Positions 1-13,900 of a stretch of DNA of 62,833 bases are shown in pieces. A program made the translations under genes and the position numbers. Every line of letters starts with the position of its first letter. Position 1 is the first letter of the stretch. Source of the stretch: a virus (Duplodnaviria; Caudoviricetes); IMG/VR virus record IMGVR_UViG_3300033144_005983, positions 1 to 62,833 of that record. The stretch is one strand, 5' to 3'. A model generated the notes under the pieces. It did no database searches. It saw only the letters and a list, made by a program, of their open reading frames with translations, and had not been told where the DNA came from.

Positions 1-1896
1 AGTGTTCAAGGACATTATGACTATATGAAAGATCTTACAGATATAGGAAAGATGGTTAAACCTGATGTAACTTCAAGACTAGGCGAAGACGGAAAATACT
101 ACTATACAGTAAAAAATACTAACGTATCCAGAGCTAAACTTGAAAGTGCAATAGCAAGTGCAATGCCAGAAGGAGCGAGACAAGCTTTAAAAAATGACTT
201 CTATGTACAAAGAGATAAAGCACAAAGAGCAGGTACTTTAGAAGAGCAACCATACTTAAATGACTTTTATGACTTTGTAAAAGTTAAAGCTGCAGGAGCC
301 GCTACTCCATTTGTACAACATCAGCAAGAAGTTACAGGTAGAGGCATTCTTCCTGAATATACTCAAGGGTTAAAAGATAAAGCAGGAGCAGCTCAGATGA
401 TACAAATGAAAGCTCCTCCAATAAAAGTTGCAGATGGAAGTATAAGTAAGTCACTTAATGATAGAAGGAAAGCAGCAGCAGACCTTAAAGCTATACAAGG
501 ACAACTAGCTAAAACTGGATTTGGCCAACAAAAACTGGATATAAATGATCCTAAAGCTATTGAAGAGTATCTAATACAAAATCCCAATGAGGGAGAGATG
601 CTTATGACTTATAAACAACAGATAGATCAATTAAGTGGAGTAGTAAATAATGAGAATAGTATTCTTAATCAAACTAATAACGCATTTATACAATCCGATC
701 AAGGCAAAGACTACTGGAATAACCAATACAATAAAATTAAGACATTCCATAAAATGGAAAATAATGAGTTTACTTGGCAAGATAAAGACGGTAAAGAAAG
801 AAAAGCAACTATAAATAGTGGAGAAGACTTAATGAACTTCATGGTAAATGGTAAAGCAAATGTTGAAGATGAATATGATTGGTATGATGAAATAAATCCA
901 TTTAGTTCAAACTTCTGGATGGGTACAACACGACAAGCAGCAAGTGCAGTAGCAGGTCCAGACACATTTACAAAACGTATTCCTAAAACAAGTCATGGAG
1001 AATATATGTTACAAGAATTATTAGACAATGTAACAACAGAACTTCAAGACTATGCTGAAAATGAAGATATAACGAGTAATTTAAATCTTCTAGCAGGTCC
1101 TAAAGATTCAGCTATTGGACAACAGCAAGAAATGGTTCATAAAATTCTTCAAGAAGGTCAGGGACAATTTTTCTCTGCTAATGATGCAACTCCTTTAAGA
1201 GACTTAATCCAAGACCAAAAGGTTAAATGGGATGACGTAAGAAAAAGAACAGAAGTAAATCTAACAGATGGTGTAGGTAAAAATGGATTACCTATGGTAT
1301 GGATAACTGCTTATAATAAAGACGGGACAAAGAAAATAGTAGATCAAGCATTTGAAATGCAAACACAAGATGCTTCTCTAACTAACTTTTTAGCCGATCA
1401 GTCAATTGCAGCAGGGCTTGCAAAAAACAATCCCGCATTTGTAAGAAGCGGAGAAACTATGAAAGCAAGACATCTTAAAGATTCTTTACGTGGCACTAAT
1501 CTATATGATACTATAGGCAATGCCAAACTTATCCAGAATTCTCCTACTAGAGATGAAAGAGAAATACAATATATCCAAAGAGGAGTTCCAGGACATCCTA
1601 ACCTTGCTTTAAAAGCAACAGCCTTAACAGGAAGTTTGGTATATACCTTAATGCAACCTGTTCCTAATCAAGAAGGAGAATGGATGCCTGTTAAACATAG
1701 AGAAATAAATGAACAAGGAGAACTACTATCAAGTGACCAGGTAGATACAAGACTTTCACCTGAATTAAAAAGTGTGTCTGCAACTAATATGGCAGCATTA
1801 TCTTGGATGTGGTGGAAATACAAACCAGAAAATCATGGAGAAAGAGCTATCTTTGATCCAGTAACTAATAGATTTAAATATTTACCAGCAGAATAA
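1..1896 (+). CDS. Virion cargo/ejection protein, probably 5'-truncated
   Basis: Frame is open from base 1 (AGT GTT CAA...), so the ORF likely starts outside the window. It lies directly upstream of the giant vRNAP gene, where crAss-like phages encode ejected core proteins. No catalytic motif recognised. Confidence 0.55.
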   Translation, partial: SVQGHYDYMKDLTDIGKMVKPDVTSRLGEDGKYYYTVKNTNVSRAKLESAIASAMPEGARQALKNDFYVQRDKAQRAGTLEEQPYLNDFYDFVKVKAAGAATPFVQHQQEVTGRGILPEYTQGLKDKAGAAQMIQMKAPPIKVADGSISKSLNDRRKAAADLKAIQGQLAKTGFGQQKLDINDPKAIEEYLIQNPNEGEMLMTYKQQIDQLSGVVNNENSILNQTNNAFIQSDQGKDYWNNQYNKIKTFHKMENNEFTWQDKDGKERKATINSGEDLMNFMVNGKANVEDEYDWYDEINPFSSNFWMGTTRQAASAVAGPDTFTKRIPKTSHGEYMLQELLDNVTTELQDYAENEDITSNLNLLAGPKDSAIGQQQEMVHKILQEGQGQFFSANDATPLRDLIQDQKVKWDDVRKRTEVNLTDGVGKNGLPMVWITAYNKDGTKKIVDQAFEMQTQDASLTNFLADQSIAAGLAKNNPAFVRSGETMKARHLKDSLRGTNLYDTIGNAKLIQNSPTRDEREIQYIQRGVPGHPNLALKATALTGSLVYTLMQPVPNQEGEWMPVKHREINEQGELLSSDQVDTRLSPELKSVSATNMAALSWMWWKYKPENHGERAIFDPVTNRFKYLPAE

Positions 1897-1905
1897 TAAT
1901 TAACT

Positions 1906-4900
1906 ATGGCAGATCCAACAGAAGCTTTAAGTGGGACCAAAATAGATAAGCAAACTGGATTAACTAAAGATATACCAAATACAGTAAAAACAGTTAATAC
2001 CAGTGCAGATCCTACTGCAGCGCTTACTAATACTACGCAAGGATTAGAAAAAGTAAGAGCTAAACACTTACCTACTGATATAGATGTAGGAGGACAGGCG
2101 TACTCTCTTCAAAAACAAGGTTATGATACATTAGAAAGTTATCAAGAATATAGTGATGACTTAAGAGCTAATTTAGCTGCTCCAGATCCAGAGATGGCTA
2201 ATAGAATGAGAGCTGAACATCAAGGAGTTGGCGAACAACTTGGAACAGCTGCTTATCAATTACCTCTTAATATAGGTATGGGAATCTTAGAAACTGCTGG
2301 TATGATCGGAGATTTCCAAAACTATTTAGGAATGTTTGGAGTTATAGATACTGATTATGACAACTGGTTATCTAAATCTATGCGAGATGCAAGAACAGGT
2401 CTTGCAAAATGGGATCCTATTTATAGAGAAGCTCCTCAAGATGTATGGTCTCCTACAGACTCAGCATGGTGGATAGATAATATATCAGGATTAGTTGAAT
2501 CAGTAGTAGAGTTCGGTGTAACAGGTTTTGGAGTAGGTACAGGTCTTAAAGCTGGAGCAAAAGCTATAGGAATGGCTGCAGCAGCAGGTAGACTTGGAGC
2601 AGGAGCTGCTAATGTAGCAGGAAAAACAGCAATGGGGCTTCAGAAAGGTACTCAATTAATGACTGCAGCTAGTTTAGCATACTCAGAAGGAGTAATGGTA
2701 GGTATTAATGTATATGATACCGTTTATAAAGAATCTTTAGCTGCAGGTATAAAGAAAGAGCAAGCTGAAAAGAATGCTGCTAATGCGGCAACTACTACAG
2801 TTAGAATGAATATGCTTAATACTGCTCTTAATTATACAGCAGTAGGACAACTCTTTAAATCAACTAAATCTTTAAGAAATAGTGTAAGTAACGGATGGAA
2901 TAGGCAAACACTTAAAAGTGGACAAAAAGAAAACTTCTCAGAGTGGTTAACTAGACTTAAAGGAGAACCTAAAGTAATGAAACATCCAGGTATACTTAAA
3001 AAAGTAGGTACACTAGTTAAAGAAGGTTCTTTCGAGGCTGCAGAAGAATTGGTGAATGAAATATCTCAAAGAGAAGGAGAATTAGTAGGAAGAAGAGAAT
3101 CAGGAATTCTTTTACCAGAAGAAAAAGATTCAGATTTTGGAGATAGAGTACTACATGCCGCAACTTCTCCTGAAGGAACACTAGCTATGACAATGGGATT
3201 TATTGGAGGAGTAGGTAATACAATGTTTCTAGGAGGAGTAGATAAAGGACATAGAGCATATCAAAATAGACAACGAGCTAAAAATGGACAAGAAGCTCTT
3301 AAATCTCCTGAAGAATTAGTATCTGAATCCTATACTGCTGAACTAGAAGGACTTATAGATAAAGCAGAAAACCTTGAAAAAATAAATGATAGTCTTTTAG
3401 AAGCAGTAGCTGCAGGAGATGTGAAAAAGATAAAAGCAGCTCAACAGGCTTTAGCTTCAGAAAGTTTATTTTCAGCTTTCCAAAACGGAAGTCCTGACAT
3501 GATGATTGCAATGTTGGAAGAAATTGAAGGCATAGACGATACTACAATGGGACCTGACGGTCAAACAGATGCAGAAAGAGAGGGACTAGAAACAAATAAA
3601 CAATCTAACCAATATTATAAAAAAGTAGCGAGACAGAAGTTAAATGATATAGGTGAACTTCAAAATGATTACGAAGCTGTAATGGATAAGTTCTGGATGG
3701 GAGACCAAGAAACTATGAACTATGCCAGTAAAGTATTTGGCTATAAAGTTTTAATGAAAAGTGCTAAAAATACTTTAGAAGGCTCCGAACAAGATCTAGC
3801 AAAATTTGAATCTCAATTACAAGAAAGACTAACTAATGCGGGTTATGAAGGAGCTCCTGCAAGCTTAATAGAGACTTTATCAGACTATGATGCAAGTACA
3901 GAGGCATATAACGAAGTTCTTGCAGATATTAAAGCTATTGAAGCTATGTCAAGTATGCAAGATGGCAGAACAGTTTATAAAAAAGATAGGGTCTCTTCAG
4001 CTGAACGAACTAAAATTAGACAAAAATACGGTATAAGAGCTACTGAACGAATAGATAAAACTTTAGCTCTTATTAAGAAACAATTTGAAGGAGTAGAAAA
4101 AGAGACCAGAAAAAAAGCAACTGCTATTACTGAAGTTTTTAAAACATTCAGTGAAGATATTCTTTCAGAAGATGGAGAAAGTTTATTAGAAGAATTAGAC
4201 TCACGATCAGGAGATTCAATTAGACAGATATATAATATATTCAAAGAAAGAGGAGAAGGAGAAACAGGAGAAACAAAAGCATTAAGAGATGCCATAGAGA
4301 AATTTAAAAATATTATAAATCTAACTAATGTAGATTATAACAATGTAGTTCAAACTAAAGCTTTTATTGAGCATCAAAAACAAATGGTTGAGGCTTTTCA
4401 AAAAGAATATGACGAGCTTAATAAACCTGGAGCTTTAAATAAATGGTTAAAAGAAGAAAGAGAAAACAAAAAGAATGCGGTTGAAAAAGAAGCTGAAGAA
4501 AGAGCTAAAACTAAAGCAACTGAAAGGGACAAGAAAAATAAAGAAACAGCAGAAAATATAGATAGAGAAGTACAAGCAGAAAATGAAACTGATTTGTCTC
4601 CAGATCCAGAACCAGAAAGAACCTATACAGGTAGTGAAGGAGAAGTGATTACTGAAGAGGAATATAATTCCTATCAAGAAAACCAAGAAGATAGTACAGG
4701 AACAACTCCTACAAAAGAAGATATAGACTCAGGAGAAACTACAGAACTAAACGAAGAGGATGAAAAGAAAGAGCTAGAAAAAATACTAGGAGATCAAAAA
4801 GAACTAGGATTTCTGAAAGAAAATGTACTTTCTTTTGCATATCTCTCACGAGAATATCAATTAACAGAAACAGGTCTTGAAGGTAAAAAAAGATTTACAA

Positions 4901-7900
4901 CATCAACAGGTGATCAAAAAGAAGGAGCACTTCATAATGATTTAGAATCTCATACTAGATTTCAACCAGGAGATGGTCTTTATACAATCGAAATTGCTCC
5001 TAGCGCTGATGCTGAAATATTAACAGAAGCTGAAGTTTCTAAAGGAAAACCTAAAACTACTACATACGGAGAGTGGAAAAAAGATAAAACAGCTGAAGAG
5101 CAGGCCCAAGGAGTTCCTTTAGTAATTAAAGATGCTAAAGGAACTATTGTAGCTTATATCCATGATGGAAGACCTGCCATAGAAGACGGTAAAGAAATAG
5201 TAGATACTAAAGGAGACCCAGTTTCTACATTTGTTTATAGAAGAATAGCACAAAAAACTGAAGACAATGGTGACAATTGGGCAACTCAAACAGAAAAACT
5301 AAAAAGATTTAGAAGAACAGCTATTGAGATGATCAATACTGGTCAAACACCTCAAATTGCAATTACTAGTAAAAGTTATGGAAGTATTATCCGTAATAAA
5401 GTAAAAGGAGAAGTTACAGAAGCACAAGTAAATGATGTAATGGGTCCTAATGTTCAAGTAGGAGTTTCTATTAATGGTACTCTTATGAAAGGAGATACTC
5501 CTATGAATGGACTAGCTATTGGAGGAGAAATTATAAATGATGGTGATCTTCCTAATGGAGCTGTATATGTAATCTTACCAACTCCTGTTGAAGGAAAATA
5601 CTTTGCTGCTTATGTTAGAGCTCCACAAATAGGCGAAATAACAGGCATAAAGACACAATCTACCGAAGTAGATGGAGATGCTTATGCAGGAATGGTAATG
5701 TTAGCTATAGGGATTCATTTTAAAACAATGGCTAATCAAAACTTAACTCCATCTGAAGAAAATGTAGTCCAAAAAATAAAAGACCACATGGATGGGTTGG
5801 ATATTACAAAAAGTGGATACGACTTAAAGAAATTTGTTTCATATTATGTAGTAGATAGGGCTTTTGATAAAGAAGGTAAAAATGCACAAAAAGGAAATAG
5901 AACTAAACCAGGCTATGGCCAACTCCATATAAGAACAGATGACGAAGGAAATCTAAAAACTATTAAATATGGCAGAAAAGAAACAGATCAAACTACAAAC
6001 ATTTCAAGCTGGAAAGCTTTTGAAGACAAAGGACAAGGTCTACTAGATAGTCTTAATGCAACACAACTTTCTGTTAAAGGAGAATTTTTAGGAGTAGAAG
6101 ATGATGTTAATATTCCTATACCAATAGATAATGGAGATGGTACTTATAGCATAGAGACAATCGAAGGAGCAGGTAATGAAATGACTACAGGCTATGAACA
6201 GTTTGTTAAACAAAACTTGAAAACAAAGCTAAAAGGAGAAAAAGTAACACTTTCTGATGGAGTAGAAGAATGGGTATATTTTGATCAGCCTGTAATATCC
6301 TTTACACCATTAACTGACACTCCTCCTAAAGACACTACCAAAGACCCAGAAGAACAAGGAACACCTCCAAAACAAGATCTACCTCCAGATATTGACCTAA
6401 TTCCTGAAATAGACTTAGATCTTTTAGATCAACTAGGAGAAGAAGGAGATGAAGATGGAGGAGTTAAACTAAATGAAATTGATCCTGAAGCAATCGCAGA
6501 AGCAGGAAAATTATTTGATGAACAAACACGAAAACTAAGAGATGAAGGAGAAATTGGTCAAGAATCTCCTGCTATTTCAGATCCTAATGATAGATTAAAT
6601 AAAATTATTCCAGGAGCATTTGTAGGAATGGATGGTAAAAAATTAGTTCAAGCAGCTGATAGTATCTATACATTAATGCTTAATCACTATGATAAAGCTG
6701 TAGGAAAAGGAAAAACTCCAAGTGCAGATAGTTTATTTAGCTATGCTCTACAACAATTAAAATCAAAACAAGGAATATATGGAATTGCTCTTAAACCAGG
6801 ATTCACAGTAGAAGCTCTTCTAGCACAACTAAAAACTGCAGGCAAATCAAAAGCATATTTAAATAATATAGAAGAAGCCTATTCTATTATTATAAAAGAT
6901 GACAAAGGTAACATTGATCTGGATGCTAATAGAGAAAGAGCTAAAGAATTTGGAGTAGTCATAGATAACTTTGACGGTCTTAAAAAGTTAGTAATTGAAA
7001 AATTAGGACGAATTGGAATTAAAATAAATGACAAAAAGTTATTAGAGTATATATATGAAGGAGAAGAAGCTCGAGAAGAATTAGTAGATATAGAAGTTTC
7101 TGATGGACTTACTGAAAGCTATGCGTCTAAAGCTAAATTAAAAACTGATTTAGGAAAAACAGCTCCATGGCAAGTAAGAATTCTTTTTTCAAGATTTCCT
7201 AAAATCAAGACAGCGATTAAAAACGCAAAAGGAGATTATGTATATACAGAAGAAACTAATTACTTAGGAATGAGAACCTTCATTAATTATGAAGATCTAT
7301 ATAATAACTTACTAAGTATTTTAGTTAATAAACCTGAAACATTTCCCGCTATAATTAATGCAATAGACAAACATGCAGAAAATACTTTAAATCCTCAATT
7401 GATTTTCTTAGCAGGATTTCTTAAGAATATAGATTTAAATCCAAAGATTTTACAACCTAATCAACTTAAATCTCAATTAGTTGTAGCCTTTCCTGCCAAT
7501 GCAGAAGTTCAAAGAGTAGTAGCACAGATTACTCCTGATAAAAACGACGGAGGTGGAAGTATGGGTTCTAAACTTATAAACTTTAGTGGAGATACTAGAA
7601 ATGATACTAATCTAATTATTAGTCAATGGGAAAATAACTTAGCGTCTAGTACTGGTGAAACAGGGCTTATTAGTGAAATAGGGGGAAAACTATTTATATC
7701 TCCCACTAAAGCAGCCAATGTTAAAATGATCTATGAGCAGAAAGCCAAAGAGCTTTTAGCTATAAGAGAAGGAAAAGATGATATTAAACGCTTTGGTAAA
7801 AAATTAAATCCAGAAGAAAGAATAGCGGAAATGGCTAGTGGTATTCAGGATATATTTAAACTACTTGGTATAGAACTTTCGCATCCTTTAGCTGTACAAC

Positions 7901-10900
7901 TTGTAAAAAGCCCTAAAAATGTTTTAGGAAAAGTAAGATCTAAAACAGGAGGAGTTACAAATTTAAGACAGTTAATTGCTCCTGATGGAAACTTTGCAAA
8001 ATACTTATTTGATACGCTAGTTGTAGATGAAACTATAGGTAAAGGACATAACGTTCTTTATAAAGGAAGAGATAGAATAGTCCAAGAAGTTGGTACGGGA
8101 GATAAAATGGGGAAAATTAAGGTAGATGGTGCTTGGATACTAGCCAAAAATGTAGAAAAACTTGCTACCCTAGAATCAAAAAATCCTTTCCGTGATCTAA
8201 CTGAAGGACAAATAGGAAGAATACGAGCACTAGCCAGAGCCGAAGTAAGAACAACAGGAGTAAAAGTAGGAACTGGTTCTCGAAATGTGAGCAATCAGTT
8301 ATTATACAAGTACTCTCAGCTTTCTCAATTTACTGAACAAGCTAAACTATTACAAATAGCTAATGAATACGGAGAAGCAGAAAATAGAAGCCCTGAAGTT
8401 ACAGAAGCTGCAAATAATCTACACCAACTTTCTCAAATGCCTTTTCAAGTTAATTCAGAATGGATAGCTGCATTTGATACATTTATGATGCAAGAGACTC
8501 CTCCTAAAGGATTAAATAAAAATGAGACAAAAAGGTGGAAGAAAAGAAAAGAAAGATATAATAAAGGAGAGCTCTTACGTCAGGTTTTTAAAGTAGAGAT
8601 AGTTGATGGTTTAGCACATGGAATAAGAAGAGGAGTAGCTGCAGAAATAGCTGATATGACTCCTAAAGAATTTGAGTTCTATAAAATAGCTCTTTTTCAA
8701 AACAATGGGAATGAAAAAGTAGCTAAGTATATCTACATGACTCCTGCTGATAATACTGTAATACCTGTAATACATGCATTAAGGAAAAAAATTAATTTAG
8801 GATGGAATGATGCCGCTGAAGAAGGAAAGCCAGGAAGTATTATAAGTATAGGACTTGAAGGACAAAAAGCTGCTTATGATATTTTTGAAGCGGAAATGCT
8901 AAGAATAGCATCTTTTCAAAAATTAAGTACTGCTGAACAAGAAAAAGTAAACGGATATAAAGATGGTGCTAATAAATTCTTAATGTTTCCATTTCTTAAT
9001 AAAGAGATATTAAATAAAGAAGATATAGGAAAATTATGGGATGGGGAAGGAAATCTAATTATTCCTTTTGGTGATGAACAGAAATTAGAAATCATTAGTA
9101 TTATAGAACGAAACTTAATTGCTTCAATAGAAGAACAAGTAGCTGATTGGTCAAACTTAGGAATATTTGAGACATTTGAAAATGACAAAGGAGATAGAAT
9201 ATGGAATCTAGCAGGATTTTCTAAAGACTATATGAAAAGAATGCGGTCAAAAGACATGACCAAGCTGACTACGCAAACTCCAGGTATAACCATGGATGAT
9301 GTTCATCATAGATCTATTCAATCTGCTGCTGCAGACTATGTATTAAATAACATGTTTGCAAACAAAGAGATGTTTCAGTTAATGAGTGGAGACCCTGCTT
9401 ACTACTATAAAGGGAAAGAAGGAAAAACACTTCAAGAGAATCTGATGTCAACTTTTGCAAACCTTAACAAAAGAATAAGTGGAGTAAGAGCAACAGGATC
9501 TAAAGGATATTGGGCTAATCCTTTAATAAAGGATAATCCTATCCATGCTTCAAGAGCAACTTCTTTAAAGATTATAATAGCTAAAGATAGAGATGTTGCA
9601 ATAAAGAATATGGATCAGATGATCAAAATGAATAAGGTCATTGCTGCAAACTTTAAAAATAATCCTTCAACAGATGCACAGTCTCTTACAACTATGGGAG
9701 AACATCTTAGTACTTTAATGGCCTATGGTAAAATAAAAGATACTCAGTTTCAAGACTTAAGTAATAGATATGAAAAACAACTTAAAGCTTTAAAAGATAT
9801 TGTAGCAGCACGAAAAAGTAAAGATAAAGCGAGTGAAAAACAAGCCCTAAAAGAACTTGAGGATAATAAATTTACCGATAAAGAAATAGGTGAAGTAATA
9901 TTACAGCCGCTTAAACCTGTATATACAGGATTTAAATTAGAAGGAACAGCAAGAACAGCCAGAGCCGTCTATTTAAAAACATCTTCTTTTCCTTTGATCC
10001 CACAAATAGTAAAAGATCTAGACGTATCACAAGTTCTGTTACAATTGGAGAATTCAGGTGCTGATATGATGATATATGAAACAGGAGTAAAACTGGGAGC
10101 TTCTAATATTCAAAATGTTTTTGACAGTAAAGGAAACATGAAGGAAGATCTTGAGTTTAAAACTGAAGATGTAATTATTCTTCCAAGAAGTGGTTATAAA
10201 ATACAGCAAGAAAATCCTTATAAAGGGCAAAAAGATATAATTAGAGAATCTACTCAAGGACAAAAACTTCTATTTGAAGGTCTTCCTAAAGTATCTAGAA
10301 ACGGAACTGATATAGAAGCTCTACGTCATAAATTTGATAGCTTACAGAAAGATATATTAGATCTTAAATTTGATAAGTTCTTAGACGATATAGGAGCTAA
10401 AAAAACAATAAAGACTGTTAAAAATCTTGATGGTGAGGAATACGAAACAGAAAATGTATATATAGAAGACTTAAGTGCATTAAGAGATTTTTTAGTAGAC
10501 GAAGCTTTAGAAAGAGGATATCCATTAAATGATATTATGGCTCTTGGTCTCACCAAAGTCAATACATTTGATCTTCCTTTAGGTTTTCATTTAGCTGCAT
10601 TTAGAATGGAGCCCCTTATCTTAAGTTTAATTAAGAATAAAATACTACGTTCTGAATTACCTGGACAATCTTTTATTCAAGGATCTAGCGCAGGCTTTAA
10701 AGGAATAAAAGAATTCAATAAACTTTCTGCAGAAGAAAGAGGGGATATAGCATGGGCAGAAGGATACAATCCTGAAGAAGGATTAAGCTATATGGTTACT
10801 GAGGACAATAAAGTCCAAAGAGCACAGATTATTTTACCATGGACTATTAAAGGAAAGAATGGTAAGATAGCCGATATAAATAAGTATATCAAAAAAGAAA

Positions 10901-13900
10901 AAGGTAAACTTACTATAGATACAAGCAAATTAACTCCTGAGCTTTTAGAAATATTTGGATTTAGGATCCCACTTCAAGGCCATAGTAGTATGGTAACACT
11001 TGAAATAGTTGGATTCCTACCATCTTACCAAGGGGACTTGGCCATAGTTCCTGATGGTATCACAACTCAAATGGGTTCTGACTTCGACGTAGATAAACTC
11101 TTTACCTATAATTACTGGACCTATGAACTTGAAGATGGAAAAATAGTTAAATATGGTTCAAGAGAACATGCTGAAGATAAGCATAGAAAAGACCAAGAAA
11201 GAGCCGCTAAAAAAGCAAAAGAAAAAGATAGTAAAGACTCAGAAATAGGAATTCCTGAAGATTCTACAGAAGGATATGCTAGAGTTGCTGTAACCAATGA
11301 AAAATATACACCTAAATTTATAAAAGATAATCCAGACCTACTCTTTGTATTTGGAGATAATATGGAAAGAAAGGGTAAAGGAGGACAAGCAATAGTCAGA
11401 GATGAATCTAATACTATAGGACTAAGAACTAAAGTATCTCCAACTACAAAAGATGGTGCATATTTCTATGACGAGTTTTTAGAAGATAATAAAAAAGCAA
11501 TAGATGAAGATATTACAGCAATTACAAAAGCAGGTTTTGGAACACAAGTAGTATTTCCTAAAGGAGGTTTAGGAACTGGGCTTTCTAAACTAAAAGAAAA
11601 GGCTCCTAAAACATATGAATATCTTAAGAAAAGACTTATCGAAGAGTTTGGTTTTGATAATGATCTAGGAACAGTAGACCTTGACAAAATAGGAATTCCT
11701 TATGGTAATGTTATAATAGACGCAGAAACAAAAGGGTTACCTAGAGAAGAAAAGACCGTTGAAGAAGTAGAAAACGAGCTTCAGAACAATATGAAAGGCC
11801 TTCAAAATAAAGTAGTTCAGGTATATAATGATGTAATGGAAATACCTGAAGTAGTAGAAAAAGCACTTACACCACTTGATGATGCCAAAAATGAAATAAA
11901 TAAAACAGGAGAAAGACTAGAACAAATAATGACAAGACCAGGAACTTCTCCATTATTTATTGCTCCAACTACTCAAAGAGATTTCTTTTTTATAAACAAA
12001 GATGGACAAACAGCTCTTGGAGTTTATTCTTTGTTTAATACTTTTCTAGCTCAAGCACAGAATGTAGATATAGAATTTGAGTATGCTATAAAAAATGAAG
12101 AAACAGGGAAAATGGAAAATTTTCCTTTACTAATAAAATTTAAAGGCGAAAAAGGAGAAACACTTGTTGGTAATAGAGTTTCAGATACAAAATTAGTATC
12201 AAAAGATGGACTTAAAAATGAAGTTTCAGCGGGGTTCCAATCAGCAGGTGCCGATAATGCAAATGATCAGGCCCTTCATAAATTAAATATGGAAAGTTCT
12301 ACTTTCGGAATATCTTTAGCTTTTATGGCTCAAGGATTTGATGAAAGATATATAGGAGCTTTTGCTAATCAGGAAGCTATTCAATTGTGGATAGACATTT
12401 ATAACAGAAAGAGTAGTAAGGTAACTGAAGATACAATAATGGGACGAACAAAAGCTAGTGAAGAAGCTTTTGAAGAAGTTGAAAGAATATTACTTGATAA
12501 AGCTAAAAGAGATAATACAGTTCCAAACCCAAGAGTAGCTTTAAATGATCAAGAAAAACTAGATAATGTTTTATCTCTTAATGAGATGGAAGATATGCTT
12601 GGTAAAAGAGCAGATCAAAAAGGAACTGCTTACTGGGGAACCCAATTAAACATTTTAGCTCAATTTGAAGTTATTACTCAAATGGGAGAAGATCTTTCCC
12701 AAGCACAGAATGTTACAAATACTAATCAGCCAATGAGGCATCCAGGTAAAACAATGCTAGATGCTATAGAATTAAAAGATAGAATAAAGAAAACTGTAGG
12801 TACAGGAGAAAGAATGGTATTCCTTAAAGGGACAGAACAACTAATAGGAGATGTAGTTCTTGGGCCAGATGGACAAGTAGATATACTTAATCCTCAAGGT
12901 CTCATAGGAACTGCTGCTAAATATGGAGAACTGCTCGCTACAAAACTCTTTGGACAACTATATTCTTATGAATCAAGAGCTTATACACAAGCCCTCAAAG
13001 GAATAGAAGAACTTTCAGGATCTACATATATGCCTATTGAAAGAAAAGCAGAAGTATGGGGAGATCTAAAACAATTTGTAAATGCAAAAGTATTTGAACA
13101 AGTATTTGGAGAATCATTATCAGATGTAAGACAAAGACTTCTTTTTGATGTAAAATCTGAAGCCTCAACTAAAGATGAAATTATCTTAGCAGAAGCCTCT
13201 ATGGCTAGAATAATACATTATTTACAACAAACAGAATGGGGACAAAATAGTAAACTTTTAAAAAGACTCTATCCAAGAATGGCAGAAGTAATAGGTGAAG
13301 AACCTTCCAGGTTAGAGTATATGGCTAGTGGAAATGAAAAAATAGATGAGCCCGATCTTCTGAGAGAATTATATTCTTGGCTAAATAGCACACAAACTAT
13401 AGAAGTAGAAGGAGGACGAAAGATAGTTTTAAAAGATATTGCTTTAGACCTACTTAAATATTCTTTTGCATCAGGAGGTATACAAAATCCTACTAATTTC
13501 ATGAGAATCTTACCTTATGTAAGTCTTCAAGATATGGGCTATGCAAAAGCTATTAGAGATGTTGATTTTAAAAACCCTGATATTTTAGGACCCCCATTAA
13601 CATCTCCTTTTGGGTACCCAAATCCATCTACATTTACTAGACAATACTTCCAACATAAACCCTATAGAACAAAAACTATAGTAAAATTTGATAAAAAGAA
13701 CCAAATTAAAAAAGGAGACATAATTACTTTACTTGGCGGAAGCGATGAGGTTGCAAATGGAACAGAACCAGAAGAAAATAAAGAGTTTGTAACTCAAGTA
13801 GATCTTATTGGAGAAGACGGTAAAGGATTTGCATACATACATTTTCTTGCTTATAGAAATAACGAGACCAATAAATGGGAACTTTACGAAAAGATAGAAA

